From: Penicillus capitatus | Taxonomy: Eukaryota; Plantae; Chlorophyta | Length of the DNA: 64,000 bases | Assembly (NCBI GenBank): GCA_965649825.1 | Contig: OZ287698.1 | Span: 75,849-139,848 of the forward strand | Reading direction: 5' to 3' | Part shown: positions 1 through 13,893 of the stretch, one piece after another | Numbering within the stretch: position 1 is the stretch's first letter | How the letters are laid out: every line of letters begins with the position of its first letter | Translations under genes and position numbers: made by a program | The notes under the pieces: model-generated | What the model saw: the letters and a program-made list of their open reading frames with translations, nothing else | The model's database searches: none | What the model was told of the DNA's origin: nothing

Positions 1-7
1 CATATGA

Positions 8-1440
8 CTAAACATCGAGCATCGAACAAGGCAAACTCCACTTTAGTGGGCTGGGCAGACCATTTGGATCTCCTTTCATAACGGCTTCTGCTGCCAGGGA
101 ACCCAGCAACGCATGATACAGCACTCCACGAGATCCAAGTCCACTAATCACCCAGATATTTGGCTCCATGTATCCCAAGATCGGCAAGGCGCCGCGTTGG
201 GTCATGGGTGGCAAAGCTCTGACCCCTGTTCTTAACTGAATGGCGTGCCAGCCAGAAAGGTGCTTCCAGATTTGAATGGCCTGATCGCGAAGATGCGATC
301 GAGTCTCAGAAACATACGAGTCCCTCCACGACTGTTCTGCATTGTTCTGCAACTCGCACAGAGCTTGATCTGGAGTGACGCCATATTTCTTTGTCGCTCC
401 GACGATCAGATGATCTTCTCGGTCAGATGCCAAATAGATGCTCCCTAGCAAACTGGGACCTAAGAAGCTTGATCCTCCAATTGATCCAGCGCTGAATTCA
501 AGTGCCGCGCCCTGATAGCGATACCAGAGCCATCGAAAGGAAAGGGAAACGGGAATACGTGACACAGTCTGAGAGGAAGTTTCCCTCTCAACTCCGTGAG
601 ACAGTCAACAGCAGCGCCGGCGGCAACGATGATAGCATCTAATGGTCCATGCTGCCTATTCAGATCAGTGCATGAGAGAACGCGATCCTTGTGCAAGGAG
701 AGACCCAGTCTTCCGTCCGAGTCCTCGACAATGTACTGCAGTTCATCACAATCGCCATTGCAACAACAGCGAGATCGTGTTACTTGACAGGCACGCCAGA
801 TTGCCTTCATATAGTTCCTTGAGTTGAGGACACATCCTGTTGGAAGGAAGAGTCCATAGAAGTCGTCGCGGGATCCATCGGGATGGAATGAGATTTCCGG
901 CAACCGTTCGTGTGCTTGGACTCTTGTCACCTTTAATAGATGTTCTGTTTCGATTGCTTCTGCAAAACTCCGTCTTTGCTTTTCTGTTCGAGCTTCGAAT
1001 AAAAGTCCTCGTCTGCAGCAAATGACCCCATCGCCTGTGCAACGGAGATCTCGGTCGACAGAACCTTCATCGATCCCGAGACCTTCTTTAAACTCTTCTG
1101 CTGTTCTTATCATCTTTTCAACCTCCTGCATCGCCTCCTCTCCCATCCACAGCAGCTATAGGTGGACATCCATTGCGGCAATGCAACAGAGAGACTGAAA
1201 ACCCGTCCACGTGGACTGTAGGGATGCAGCATGCCTGCAGAGACACCCGATGCTCCACCTCCGACACCATGCATGTCGAAGACGTCGATTTGGGCAGCCT
1301 GTCTGCTGCGATGGCACTGTCGCTAGGGAAGAAGCAATCACGCGTCGAACGATGGGGCAAGCACGGCGATAAGAACAACCAGGAGATGATAGGTGGCTGC
1401 CAAACCAGCAAATCCAGCACCGACGATCCCATAACGCTGC
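8..1440 (-). CDS. FAD-dependent oxidoreductase (DAO/glycine-oxidase-like), multi-exon; true start probably ~1555
   Basis: Minus strand ~1395-1440 reads RYGIVGAGFAGLAATYHLL (GxGxxG). ORFs 460-1146 and 8-565 give IIVAAGAA, GVRALPP and IWVISGLGSRGVLYHALLG. Confidence 0.8.
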
Positions 1441-1591
1441 GTCGTCTTCTTAACAGTCTGTTGTTGTTCTAAAGAGGCTGTCGGAGAGAGACATCAGCTA
1501 TTGGAGATAAGCGGCCTTTCCTTGCTTGAAAAGCGACGTGCAAGCGAAGAGCGCATCGAATTCGTCGGCGCGGCACTGGACGCGATCGCAC

Positions 1592-3531
1592 ATGCATGCG
1601 CAGAAGAACAGTATATCGTGGTCGTCACTGCGCAACGATCCATCGACAGCTAGTCGATCGGATTCGGATGCTTCTTATTCGGGTACTTGGACAAGCAGCT
1701 CCTGGGAAAGGCAACTGAACTGCGTTTGTCTGTTCGGAGATTCCTCGACGAGCGATTCGCTCCCAGACGAATTGGCATCACAATGCGGGGACTCCGTTTC
1801 TTCTCCAGATCTGCAGCCGAATGCAGCAGACATGCTGAATCAACAGATCCTTTGTGTGAATGGATCTGTGAGATATGGACCCGTGACGCTCGGCACACTC
1901 CGTCTGATGACGGATATGTACTCGTCTAATGTGGACAAACGATATCGGCAGTACAAAGCATCCTTCCAGAAACTGTTCAACGAAGCCATCCGAGTGCATC
2001 AGCAAATCCAAATGATCCTCATCCGATAACGTGTGACCCGTGTTCTGTTTGTGCTTCTAGAGACTTGGAGATGGGATAGATATGAATGTCCACGAATGTC
2101 TGGCCTTTTTCAAAGATTACACGGACCGTGTCCATCACATGTCTGCAAAGTGGATGAAAGAGACAAAGAAGAGCGAAGTTCAGTTTGGGCTGCGTATGCA
2201 TCGATTCGCCTCACACGCCTTTGCTCAGGCTATACAACAGGAACTCACAGCACGACACCTTCTCTATACCAATAAAGTCGCCATTGCTGCAGCATCCCTC
2301 CCTCTATCTATATCATTCTCCAGATCGATGCTCTTGAACAGAAACACAGAGAGGAGATGAAGGCTGTCAGAGTGGGATCGGCTATTGAATTGAAGGTGGT
2401 TTGTGTTTTACCTGACTTTGTTGGTCGGCTGTGCTCAACGCTGTAGCGCAGAAAATGTTGATGAAGCAAGAAGCGGCATTCAACGTCTCAACAGAGAACA
2501 GTCTCAGGCTTCTTGATCAACGGAAGAATGAAGAAGACAGACTCCAAGAGGTCCATGCAAAGAAAACGGCGCGTGAGCTGAGGTTCTGCAGAGCTGAGGT
2601 GCGCGTTCGCAAGAGTTGACGCGTCGTTGGGGGAGTTCACTGTGGTTTTGCAGTGCGATGCTCTGAAGGAGAGGCAGAAACATCTCGTGGCTGAACTGAT
2701 GGCAAACCAAATGTGGAAAGAGAAATTCGAACACGTCTTTCCAGTCCACTCTGTATGTCCATGTCCATACATTGCCTTTAGGAAAGAGACGTCCGTCTGG
2801 AGAACGAAGATGCCTATGAAACAGTGATCCATCGACAGAATGCGCAGATTGGAGAATGGCAGAGAAAGCAGGAGAGGGATTGTGCCAAGAAGAAAAAGGC
2901 AGTCTCCAGACGAAAGAGCAAGATCTCTCAGTTGAAAGAAGAGCTGCAAGGTAGATGCCTGACATTCGAGTGCCGTGTGTAACGGGGTGGAAGTGCAGCT
3001 GAACGCGAACGCATTCAACGAATGTCGATAGATTTGTGCAGACTTCGACAGTACACGCATCAGCCTCCGAAGCCGCCAGGGAGAGCTGTCACATCATCTG
3101 GAGGGAAGAAATCGGAGAGCAGTGGCGGCACAAGAACACAGTCAGGATTGGATAGGAGGTCTCTGACGTCGGACACAGGACGGAGCACAGCGGAATCGTC
3201 CAACAGTCATGCACCGACATCTGAGGATGCAGATCAGCAAGGGGCTTGGATGCTCAATGACAGTATCCAGAAGAGATACTCAGTGACATTTGGATCGATT
3301 GTACACACAAACGAACCCCGATTAGGAAAGAAGACCAGTTTCGTGTTCGGAATGGGAGATGATGCATCACCATTGCCTCCGTATCGCAGAAAGCAATCGA
3401 TGAAGCTCCCTCAGGGAAGATTGAGTGCTTTTGGTCAGACATTGAGTTCCATACCCCAAAGCCATGCTTCGCCTCCCGAACTGACAGCACTACAAACGAA
3501 GGGCTTGATTCGACAGGCAGAATACACTTAA
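1592..3531 (+). CDS. Hypothetical coiled-coil protein, multi-exon
   Basis: Chain of + strand ORFs (1526-2029, 2082-2360, 2431-2619, ~2830-3020, 3022-3531) separated by short GT..AG gaps. Charged helical middle and Ser-rich ends. No family recognised. Confidence 0.5.
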
Positions 3532-6500
3532 GACATTCCTAAATCCCGCAATGTTTCTGATAAGGACACGGCATCGCCAGAAAGGACAGCTGCTGTCAGA
3601 CCTGTAACCACAGAACAATGCTTTTCGATTCGGAATCGAAAAACGAGACTTCTCAGTTGTCCGTCGCAAGATTTTTTTGATCTGGCAGTGAGATTGATGA
3701 GCTCCTTGAGTCGTGGAGTCTTCTCTCTGGCGGACAACCGGGTTTCCAACTGAATGATCAGATCGCCGTCGTCCGTCTCATCACAGTGCTCGATGATCAG
3801 AGAAGCGGCAGTATCTGCGATATCGTACATGCGTTCCTCATTAGCTGCATCGTGAAGTGCAAGACCCAACTGTAATACCTCTCGAGAGACCTCCACCTTC
3901 AACCTTCCAACCAACAAGTCATCTCGAAGACGAAAACCGACAGATAAAGGACGCTACGTACTTGGTGGGTGGTTTAGATGTGTATACTTTCAATGGGACA
4001 CTCCAATCGATCGAATCGCCAGACAAGGCATCGTGCAAACTGGGAGGCGTCTCAGAAGGGAAGGCCTCCCTCGAAAAGGGACTCTTTGTTGGGGTGCTGG
4101 TATCAGGGGACTAAAAAGTGTATGAGACGATGGGCAGGTGGATGGTATGCTTACTCTAGGCGGCGTCGACGGTTTGTCTCTCAATGTTTCTCTGAATTCA
4201 GGAAGGCGGACGACCGCTTCGGGCCGTCGGCAGCCACTCGCAATGGCTTGGAAGCAAAGCAGTGCATGCTTTAGATACCGTGCTTCGATGGCTGTCTTGA
4301 GTCTGAGAGGAAGAGACAGACCAGGAAGCTTCAGTACTTCGATCGTCGATTTCTTGCCCATCGTCAGAAACAGCTGACCCAGACAATCGGCTGACATCTT
4401 GCCCATACCAGCATCGCGGGCAGCTACATATTGATCGTCCATTCCATGTACCAGAGCAAGAAATCCTGCCACAGATGATGATTGCATGGATACACGTTTG
4501 GCGCACCTGGATAGTTGACGTCGATAATGAAAGGACGTTCGTGGGTATCGATGACCCAGACTTTCCCTTTAGAGGCATTCAGAATCTTCAGATGCCCAAT
4601 CGGTCTCGGTTTTCTCGCGCAACTGTACTGTTCGACAACGCCTGTCAGCCAGTTTGGTCCGCTATTGAACGAGGCCAGTACAATGACCTGGATGCCATTC
4701 TTCTTCAGATGAAACAGAGGGCTGACATACTTGGATGGCATGTACGGCATCGACAGCTTGATCTTCCTTTGGCCTCTGAACAACAATACACTCGATGCTC
4801 TTGTGCGTTGAGACATAGAGGAAGTCATCTTTCCAGATGCCGTGAACGCTTTCCTCTACTGGCAGTGCAGAAACCGGTTGAAACCTGTTGTTGCCTACCC
4901 TGCCGGACACGCTGTCTTAAAAACAGAAGGAGTGGATATGGAAGACAGCCATACTGGCACAGGAGAATGTGAGAGGAAAAGGCCAGAACGCAGAGATCAA
5001 AGTTGGCAGACCATGCAAGCCATTCAGGAGCGTCCAGTTCATCGCTGCAGATGGACAGCGTTTCCCACGAATAGAAAGCAAAAGGCTTGCTGCCTCCAGG
5101 TCTGTTCGTATACAACACGCCAAGTATGGGTCCGCCGAACAGCAGATCCGGAATATTGCCTTCCGTGAGCAGCTCTTGTGGATGCGTCGATTTCAGATGG
5201 TAGATCTGCGACACAAACAGCAACATCGAGCATGACGGATGGACACTCTACAGTCATGATGCGCACTTTTGCAGATGGAGGGACTGGCGTTTCTGCGCCC
5301 TGGCTTTGCGAAGACTCTGCTCTGGAACGAAGGCGATTCAGTGTCTTCTGTGATGTGCTCGTCGGTGCAGGCTGAGGAGAATCGAGAGCAGCCACTCTGT
5401 CTGAAGAAGCACTCCATACAAGGGACTTGCCCTGACCCTCAAACCCTCTGTCACAGAAAACATTATCAACAACTGTACAGTCACCCTTCGTCATACTCTG
5501 TCCACGTTGCGCCGGTGTTCATCAAGATGATGAATCGATTGACGTCTGTGCGGATCACTGCTAACTTTGAATGGTCAGGAGACAGCTCTAACTGGAAGTG
5601 CCCACTGGAGCCAAAGATGTCAGAAAGTTCCAACACTTCACGATCCATGATGGTTTCGATCGAAGTGTGTGGCATGTTATCTTCTGAAGATTCCTAAAAA
5701 GTGGTTGTCGGTGTTGGAGTACTTGTATACTGTGAAGATATCATGACTACCTGCCGCACGACCATGAACTCGGATTGCAGAAGACTTCTTCCCCTCAGTC
5801 TCAAACATGTCAGTTCCAAGGATTGCTTGGGTGTTCTGGGAATAGGCATCGATACCGTTGTGCCCATAAATGGGAAGGCCAGTTTCACCACCATGACGCC
5901 TATGAGGCAACAGTGCCCAAGAGGAAAGCATGGCGCGTTCTATACCCGCATTCATTGCTAAGAAGGCCCACTGTTTCTGCAGAGGATGCAGAGCTAGATG
6001 ATAGATCTTTGGCGCTTTCTTGAAAGCAGGCGGCATCGATGGTGCCGGATCAAATATCTTGAGACAACTGCCTCCAGCAATGGTCGTCCCAAAGATCATG
6101 TTCTGGGCACCGAGCAGAATAGGACATCGATCAGGCGTGCACTCTAACGGATGGCATATCTCGATCGAATGAAACGGTATCTTCTGATTGGGAATGCGAA
6201 ACTTTGACGACAGTCGCATCCCATGAACCTCATAGATACCAACTGAACGATCTCCACCTGTGCTCTTGTGCTGAGTAAGATGGAGTTTGAGATGGGAGAG
6301 ACCTACCGAGAGTGAAGATGCCCGAGACATTGGAATGGGGCGATGAGAATCCGATCGAAATGGATACCACTTCTCCATCGTGTGCTTTGGAGACTGTTGT
6401 TATGGGAGGCAATGATGCTCCTGACGCAGAGACTGTTGGAAAGGGATCCCACAGACAGAGTGTCCCTTCTTGCGAACCAGAAACGAGCAGGGTTGTTGTC

Positions 6501-7595
6501 TGCGAAGTGTGCAGAGATTTGAGGCACGTCACTGGCGGCGATTTATAACCAAGTCTCACAACAGTCTGCACGAACACCGCCGTGAAGACGGGTTGGCGAA
6601 ATGCCTGCGGATGGACCTTGAACGTGGTGAAGGATATAAGACGAATGGTGCCGTCGCTGCAGCCAATCGCAAGGAAGGTGTCATCCGTTGAGCCGCTGGA
6701 TGGTGTCGGGGTCGTGCCAGAGAGAATTGCAATACACGTTGGATTCTTGGAGTCGAGTGCGATCTTTGTCAATTCATGGCTCCGGTGAGAGATCAATTCG
6801 TGAAAGAGAATCTTATTCTCGCACACGAAAACCAGCCACCTACCCCCATGACAGCATACCAATATGAGAGCTGTGCTGGCTAGTGTACGGCAGACCGATC
6901 CTGCACAATGGCTGTGCTTCCTGGCACGTCTCCATGGATCTGTTCTGCAGGGATGCCTTTAATAATAGAGATGTCGGACACGCGCTGCCAATACAGTGTC
7001 TCGACGTCCATGAATTCAATCATCTTCAGCTTTCCAGATGGCGTCTTGCTGACAGACTGTTCCTGAGATGTCTTCGTTCCCCAATACGCCGGATCCACTT
7101 CTGCCATTTTCTGCAGAGAATGGTAATGCATGGCAGATTCATCGATCCCTCCAAACTGAGCCGTGTATAGAATCTAACAGAAAGGCAGAGGGAGTCACGA
7201 TGCCTCTAATGCGAAACCAGAGTACCTCTCCCGTGTGCCAATTGAATATCTGGGCTCCACTGTTCCTGTCGACAATGCCGAGCCAGTGCTGAACAGGATG
7301 CGCCGAGACATAGGATATCTACACAGGACGCCATCGATGCATCGAGACGTCGAGCTCATCACTAGGAACTTTGTTGCCCGCAGGCAGAAACGCCTTTAAC
7401 GTCGCTTCTCTGGTCGTCATCGCACTCACGTAATTTCGTTAAATAACAATAGACGATCAAAGAGCAAGCCGGTCGCTGTCGACGGATATCGTGACGTAAT
7501 AAGGTAAGCTTCTTTTCGATTGGCATCACATACATCCTGTGCAGATTCTCACAGTGTTTGGATTGAAAGAGTGAAAGAGTGACCACTGAGACCAT
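3528..7595 (-). CDS. TWD40-2: TPLATE/TSET complex WD40 subunit, TWD40-2 (TTRAY2)-like, multi-exon
   Basis: Exons give HPVQHWLGIVDRNSGAQIFNWHTGEV, KLKMIEFMDVETLYWQ, LVFVCENKILF, LAIGCSDGTIRL, LLVSGSQEGTLCLW, KAHDGEVV and KIYHLALHPLQ. These are colinear with my recollection of Arabidopsis TWD40-2. Confidence 0.75.
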
Positions 7596-7916
7596 TCATG
7601 TGATGCCCATCTCGAAAGATCTTTGAAAAATCCTTATCAATGCTGACCAATCAAACAATGAAGACTTTGCGCAAGAGAGAATTTAAAACATGAGTGCGGT
7701 TCGAGAGGCGCCCCATCCTCTTTGCTGGCTATTCAATGACTGCTTCTACCGCTGTTGTTTCTTCCATTCCTGCTATTCTCAGGCACTCCTTCAGCATCGT
7801 GCGCATGCAGATACTCGAGGAGTGCGGCCATGCCACTAAGGAAGCTATTGTTGACACTGGAATCGGAATTTCCATAAGACTAAACACAATGCGATGGTGA
7901 AAGTCTCGTGTGCGTT

Positions 7917-9554
7917 TCAAAGATTTACTGTTTCTGCTCTCTCCGTCAGTAAAAGCGTCGGCCTCACAGTACTCAATGCCTCCTTGAAATCCTCAAACGA
8001 ACAGGCTCTGCATTCGATGTTGGATGTCTCATCCAAATCTGTCACTCGACCATTTCCATCGCGCCTGTCATATACAGGCATGCATGCTCAGTATGATAAC
8101 AGCAGCGATGCAGCAGGTGAGCCTACTCTGACTTAACGATGGCTTCGATGATGGGCCTCTTGGCTGCTTGAGCGCAGACTTCTAGGAGATGACTTCCACT
8201 GAAGTCCTTTGTGTGTCGCGCAATCCATTGCAACGGTGTCAGTCCATCTTCGACGGGACGTGGATCCAAAAGAATGGAGGATTCGAAGACAGCATCGCCC
8301 ATGCCTGTCTCGGCAACATGCTTCCGCAGATATCCTGTGAGAATGGCCTCCCGTTGTCTCTCTGTTGGCAACGGAATCTGACAGGCATGAAGCTGATCAA
8401 TGCATGCATGTCTTTGCGCAAGAGTGATGGACCTCATACTGAACAGTAAAACGACGGAGAACGGCAGGATCAAGTGCTGAACGACGGTTTGTGGTGCCCA
8501 TGACAAGAATACGTGAATTCTTTCGGGTGGACATCCCCTCCCAGTACTGCATAAACTCAGTTTTCACACTGAGCGACGCCTCATGTTCCGAAAAGCCGCC
8601 ACGGGTTGTCAAGAAGGAATCCACTTCATCTGCACAAACCATGGAACATTGGTGTCGATCGACATGGTAACAGGGGATCCAACCGATGAAGACAATGCAC
8701 GGTTGCAGTTTTTCAGCAAGAGTAAAGATAGCACGCACGAGTTTCTGTGCATCGCCATACCACTTGCTCTGAATGGATGCCACAGACACACTCATGAAAA
8801 AACATCCACAGGACTTCGCCAATGCCTGAGCAGACAGACACACCCATCACCTGAGATCTCGACTATCAGAATCTGACAACACCTTTGCAAGCATCGTCTT
8901 TCCAGTTCCTGGACGACCGAAAAGCAAAACACCACGTGTCTGGCGCCAAAGTGTCGTGCAAAAGACGCCACTCAATTGAAGCGGACGGACGGCCTTGCCC
9001 AACTGTGTTGCACCACAGGTGCTGCAGATCCGATTGCAGAGCAGCGAGATCTTACCAAATCTTCGTAAACATCGTCGATGCCAAAAATAGATTCTGGCGC
9101 GACATCGATATCATCGGGATTGACAACGGAATCGGCAATCAACTGAGACAAGCACGAGCAGAAGGGCCATGGATGGCCAAGATTGCAGAGAGAGAGACAC
9201 CTGTTCCATAGGGTTCAATACCAACTTGCGTTTCAGACGCTTGTTCAGCTTATCGGCATATTTCTTGTTTCTCTATAAGGGCGTAGGCTTTATTGGCGCA
9301 AGTGCAAATAACGTTGCGACCTTTCTCTCTTCGCGGTTGGGGTCGAGCAACGAACCGCAGACATAAGCCATCAATAAACCGCCCACGACACTGAGTCCCA
9401 AAGAGACAATCTGCAGCAACACATGCGTTCAGCTCTTTGCGTAAGCGCGAGTGCAAAGACGAGATGCTTTTGCCGGAAGCTTTTTTCCGGAGATGTACGT
9501 TTTTCTTACCTCTTTGAGCCAGTACACCTGCTTCTGCTCGCCTGGACTGCTCAT
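7917..9554 (-). CDS. ATAD1: AAA+ ATPase, Msp1/ATAD1 family, multi-exon
   Basis: Walker A GVLLFGRPGTGKTMLAK (~8890-8940), SKWYGDAQKLVRAIF, Walker B IVFI/DEVDS, EHEASLSVKTEFM, and SRH TNRRSALDPAVLRRF. Confidence 0.85.
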
Positions 9555-9759
9555 TTTGAGATTCGAATGTCCGAATGAGACCAAACGAGACGGGAACGAG
9601 CCTCTGTCTTCAGAAACGAAGGTAGCGATAAGACGTACTCCGATAAAGATTCGACAGGGAATCGAACCGCCTCAGGAATGGACTTCAAACGTGATGATGG
9701 ATGATCGATCATCAACATCTCCATGATCATCATTTCCTGATTATTCTCTCCCAATAGTC

Positions 9760-12116
9760 ATGCCGTCAGAATCGGAAGAGAAAGAGAAGAAAAGAAGCAA
9801 GGAGAAGAAAGAGAAGAAGAAAAAAGAGAAACATGGCGACGGGGAAGAGAAATCGAAGACGCATACTAAAGAGCGGTCTCTAGACAAGCGAGACAAGAAG
9901 AAAGATGAAGAAAAGAAGCACAAGAAGAAAAAGGAATCGGTGCCAGAAGCGAAGGCCCCACCTCCAAAGCCCAAACGCGCTTTGAGAAAGCCTGCCCCAC
10001 AGGTCACCACAGACTATTTGGATGGGATGGATTTGCCGCCGTCTGAGGACGAAGAAGAGGAAGCCGCTGAGCAGCTGCAAGAAAAGAAGGAGCTGGATGT
10101 CAAGGTATCGGACAGAGAGACCAAGAAATTGGAGCAGAAGGCGAGATTGGCTCAGGAGAAGGCATTGAGAGCAAAGGAGGAGGCATTGAGAGACGATGAG
10201 CATGCATTTGATGTATCCTTCGAGGGACAGGGATCCGAATCTACACTCAGCGCCACAGATGTGGTCGTGCATAAGCTGACCGTGAGAGTAAAGGGGAAAG
10301 TGTTGCTGGAGGACACATCTCTGACTATCAGTGCAGGAAGGAGGTATGGATTGGTGGGGCCAAACGGCATGGGGAAATCAACATTGATGCGACTGATGGC
10401 TCAACGTCAGATCCCCATTCCTGAGTACATCGACGTGCTTCTGGTGGAGCAAGAAGTGGTGGGAGATGAGCGCACTGCCCTGCAAGCTGTGCTCGAAGCG
10501 GATGTCGAAGTGACAGAGCTGCAGAAGGAAGAGAAAGAGATCAATGAGAAACTCCAGTCTCTGGAAGGAGATGAACAGGACGAAGCATCGGGTCGATTGA
10601 ATGAGATTTACGATCGACTTAACGAATTGAATTCGTCATCGGCTGAGGCTCGTGCTTCTAAGATCCTGCACGGATTGGGATTTACCAAAGTCATGCAGAA
10701 GAGGTCCACGCACTCGTTCAGTGGAGGATGGAGAATGCGCATTTCTCTGGCACGGGCTTTGTTTATTCAACCCACACTGTTGCTGTTGGACGAACCGACC
10801 AATCATCTGGATCTGCGAGCCGTCCTCTGGTTGGAAGAGTATCTGCAACGGTGGAAGAAAACATTGATTGTGGTAAGTCACGATCGGGATTTCCTTAACA
10901 CCGTGACGACAGATGTCATCCACCTCTTCGAACAAGGACTGCATTTCTACAAGTCTAAAAATACAGATCAATGGTTTAGTACTGGAATGACGAGCGTTTG
11001 TGGCTTCCAGAGGAAACTTTGCGATGTTCGAAGAAATGTACCAGGTGAAGAGACGAGAAGTGAACAAGGCGTTTGAGAAGTACGAGAAAGAGATGAAGAA
11101 AGCAAAGGCGAGTGGTAGTCGGGCGAAACAGGACAAGGTGGACAAGAATGCCAAAGTGGCTGCCGCTAAGAGACAGCAAAAAAACAAGAACAAGGGATTC
11201 GATATGGATGGAGATGCCACATCCACAACGACGGCGCCGAAGAAATGGCGAGATTACGCTGTTCAGTTTGAATTCCCATCTTCGTCAGAACTGGCGCCGC
11301 CACTGCTGCAGATGATCGATGTGGATTTCGCCTATCCTGGCAGGGACGACTTCGGCCTGTCCAATGTCAATCTGGGAATTGATATGGGCTCGAGAGTGGC
11401 CATCGTTGGACCAAACGGAGCCGGAAAATCGACACTGATGAACCTTGTGGCAGGAGATCTGGAACCTGTTCAAGGCGAGTCCAGAAGAAACAGAAAGCTC
11501 AAGGTGGGCAGATATGCGCAGCACTTTGTGGATACCCTCCAGATGGACGAATCTCCCGTTGAGTATTTGCTGCACAAGTACGTATGACATCTGTCATTGT
11601 CGTGCATCCCACACTGTTTTGTATGACGGATATAGGTTCCCCGATTCGGGCATGAAGCCAGAGCAGATGCGTGCTAAGCTTGGGAGATTTGGTCTGTCTG
11701 GACAGCACCATTTGACACCGATCTGCAAACTCTCTGGTGGTCAGAAGGCTCGCGTCGTCTTCACCACGATTTCGCTCATGGAGCCACACATCCTCCTATT
11801 GGACGAACCGACCAACCATCTGGACATGCAAAGCATCGATGCCCTCTGCGATGCCATCCAAGTGCGAACAGACGCCATCCATCCACGACGCATATCATTT
11901 CTGAGGAAATCCTGCTTTGCGTCTGTATAGGAATTCGAGGGAGGTGTTGTCATCATTAGCCACGATGCGCAATTACTGATGAGTATGTGCGAGGACGAAG
12001 AACGTTCAGAAGTGTGGATTGTGGACGACGGCACGATCACGAACTATCCTGGCGATTTCGATGACTACCGAAATGAACTTGTGATGGAAATCGCAGCAGA
12101 TCTAGATGCAGAGTAA
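9760..12116 (+). CDS. ABCF4: ABC-F family translation factor (ABCF4/ABCF1-like), 4 exons
   Basis: Two ABC cassettes: [29 protein letters not shown] and [31 protein letters not shown]-rich N-terminus with [12 protein letters not shown]. No TM segments. First intron 10953-11010. Confidence 0.92.
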
Positions 12117-12183
12117 CGTCGCTGTTAAGCAAAACCCCTCGATTGCGTAAACGTCGTCTCAACGATCTCCGTCATATCGAACG

Positions 12184-13792
12184 ATGTCGGGTCGTCATCC
12201 TTTGGGCGTCCAGCCCTGGGGCAATTTCTACGTCGACCCTCAGCCGCCAACGCGCGATGCTGGACTGGGCCGTCTCGCCGTTCTCTCAGATGTCCTTCTG
12301 CTTAAAGTACTGGACACTGTGGATCCTCGATCTCTCGCTCGTCTTGCCGCGACCAGCAGAGTCTTGAGATGCTTTGGTTACTGCGAAGAGTTCTGGAAGA
12401 GATTTGTCCTTGAAGTAAGTGCGGATCTTTAGTGGCTATGGACAAGGGTGAGTCATTCTTTGCGGTGAGGAATACGAGGGAGATTTTGAATTTCGTGGCA
12501 ATTGGCGAGATACTTATATTGTGACACTGGTCGGGGAGCTACAACGGCAACAGATGCCACACATGCGTCCTGTGGAAGGCTTTTACTCAGATCTCCTCTT
12601 TCAGCCATGGTTCTGTGCACATGTGTCTATTCCTGACGAATGGCTGGCGATAGATAACATCTGCCGTTGCCAAAATCTATCTATGGAAACATTTCGACGC
12701 CGATTCGAAGAACCAAACATTCCTGTTGTCTTAACAGACGTCACCGATACATGGAAAGCACGGACATCGTGGAACAGGGCATACTTTCGAGAGATTTTCA
12801 AGGATCACGAAGTTGTTGTCGGCAACTACCATATGAAATTTGAGAACTATCTGCGGTACTGTGATGCGCAGCAGGACGAGATGCCACTCTATCTCTTTGA
12901 CAAAGCCATCTTCGACAAGTGTCCATGTCTTAAGAACGACTTCGCCGTCCCCGACGTCTTTTCAGAAGATCACTTCTCCTGTCTCGAAAACCGTCCAGAC
13001 TACAGGTTGCTTTCATCGGGTGTCCGTCTGACAACGAGCGCGTTTGGTGTTGGTCTCAGGTGGCTGATCATGGGTCCCGAGAGATCCGGATCCTCTTTTC
13101 ATAAGGATCCCAATTCCACATCGGCGTGGAATGCTGTGATCCGTGGATCGAAGAAATGGATTCTGTATCCACCCCATACACTGCCACCAGGTGTGCACGA
13201 GAGCACAGACCACTCAGAGGTGGCTACATCGATTTCATTAGTGGAATGGTTCCTCAATTTTTATCCCGAAACGCAAACGCGCAAAGTAACCTATAGACTG
13301 CAGATGTCAATGCATGAGGGCGTGTCTTTGGCTCGTTGCAGGTGAAGCCAATCGAATGCGTCGTGCAAGAAGGAGAGGTCTTGTTCATTCCCCAAGGATG
13401 GTGGCACATGGCTCTGAATTTGGAGGAATCCATTGCTATCACACAGAACTTCGCGAGCTCTGTCACATTGCCGAATGTCCTCAGCTTCTTGAAGACCAGA
13501 AAAGAGGAACTCGTATCAGGACTGCCACTCGAACAGAGGTTTCACATGGATCATACCTTCAGACTCTTTGATGGTTGCAATGTCCAGAGCTCGACTCTAC
13601 GACGAGTTTACAGCTGCTTTGCACAAGACATGCCCAGAGGTACTAACAGGCGCCATAGAGCGGGAACGTGGACAGAAGCAGTCACGTCTCTCTCAACTAT
13701 TGTCTGATGGACAATCACTGACAGCAGAAGGAAAGAATTCTAAAAAGGAACGAATAGATTCATCATCATCCTTCAAATTTGGCTTCTTCTGA
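12184..13792 (+). CDS. JMJ22: F-box + JmjC domain protein (JMJD6 group, JMJ22-like), multi-exon
   Basis: N-terminal F-box-like LSDVLLLKVLDTVDPRSLARLAATSR. JmjC motifs PLYLFD, WLIMGPERSGSSFHKDPNSTSAWN and EGEVLFIPQGWWHMALNLEESIAITQNF. Confidence 0.85.
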
Positions 13793-13893
13793 ATAGAAGG
13801 CGGCCATCGGCTGGTCATTTGGGTAAATGAAAACTCTGGCAGTTTCTGAAATCGATGCATCGTGGCTGACAGACATCGACAATCGATGATAAC

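Noticed and set aside
9760-9960. aag/gag-rich repeat-like tract
   Set aside because: Ordinary Lys/Glu-rich N-terminus of an ABCF1/4-type protein.
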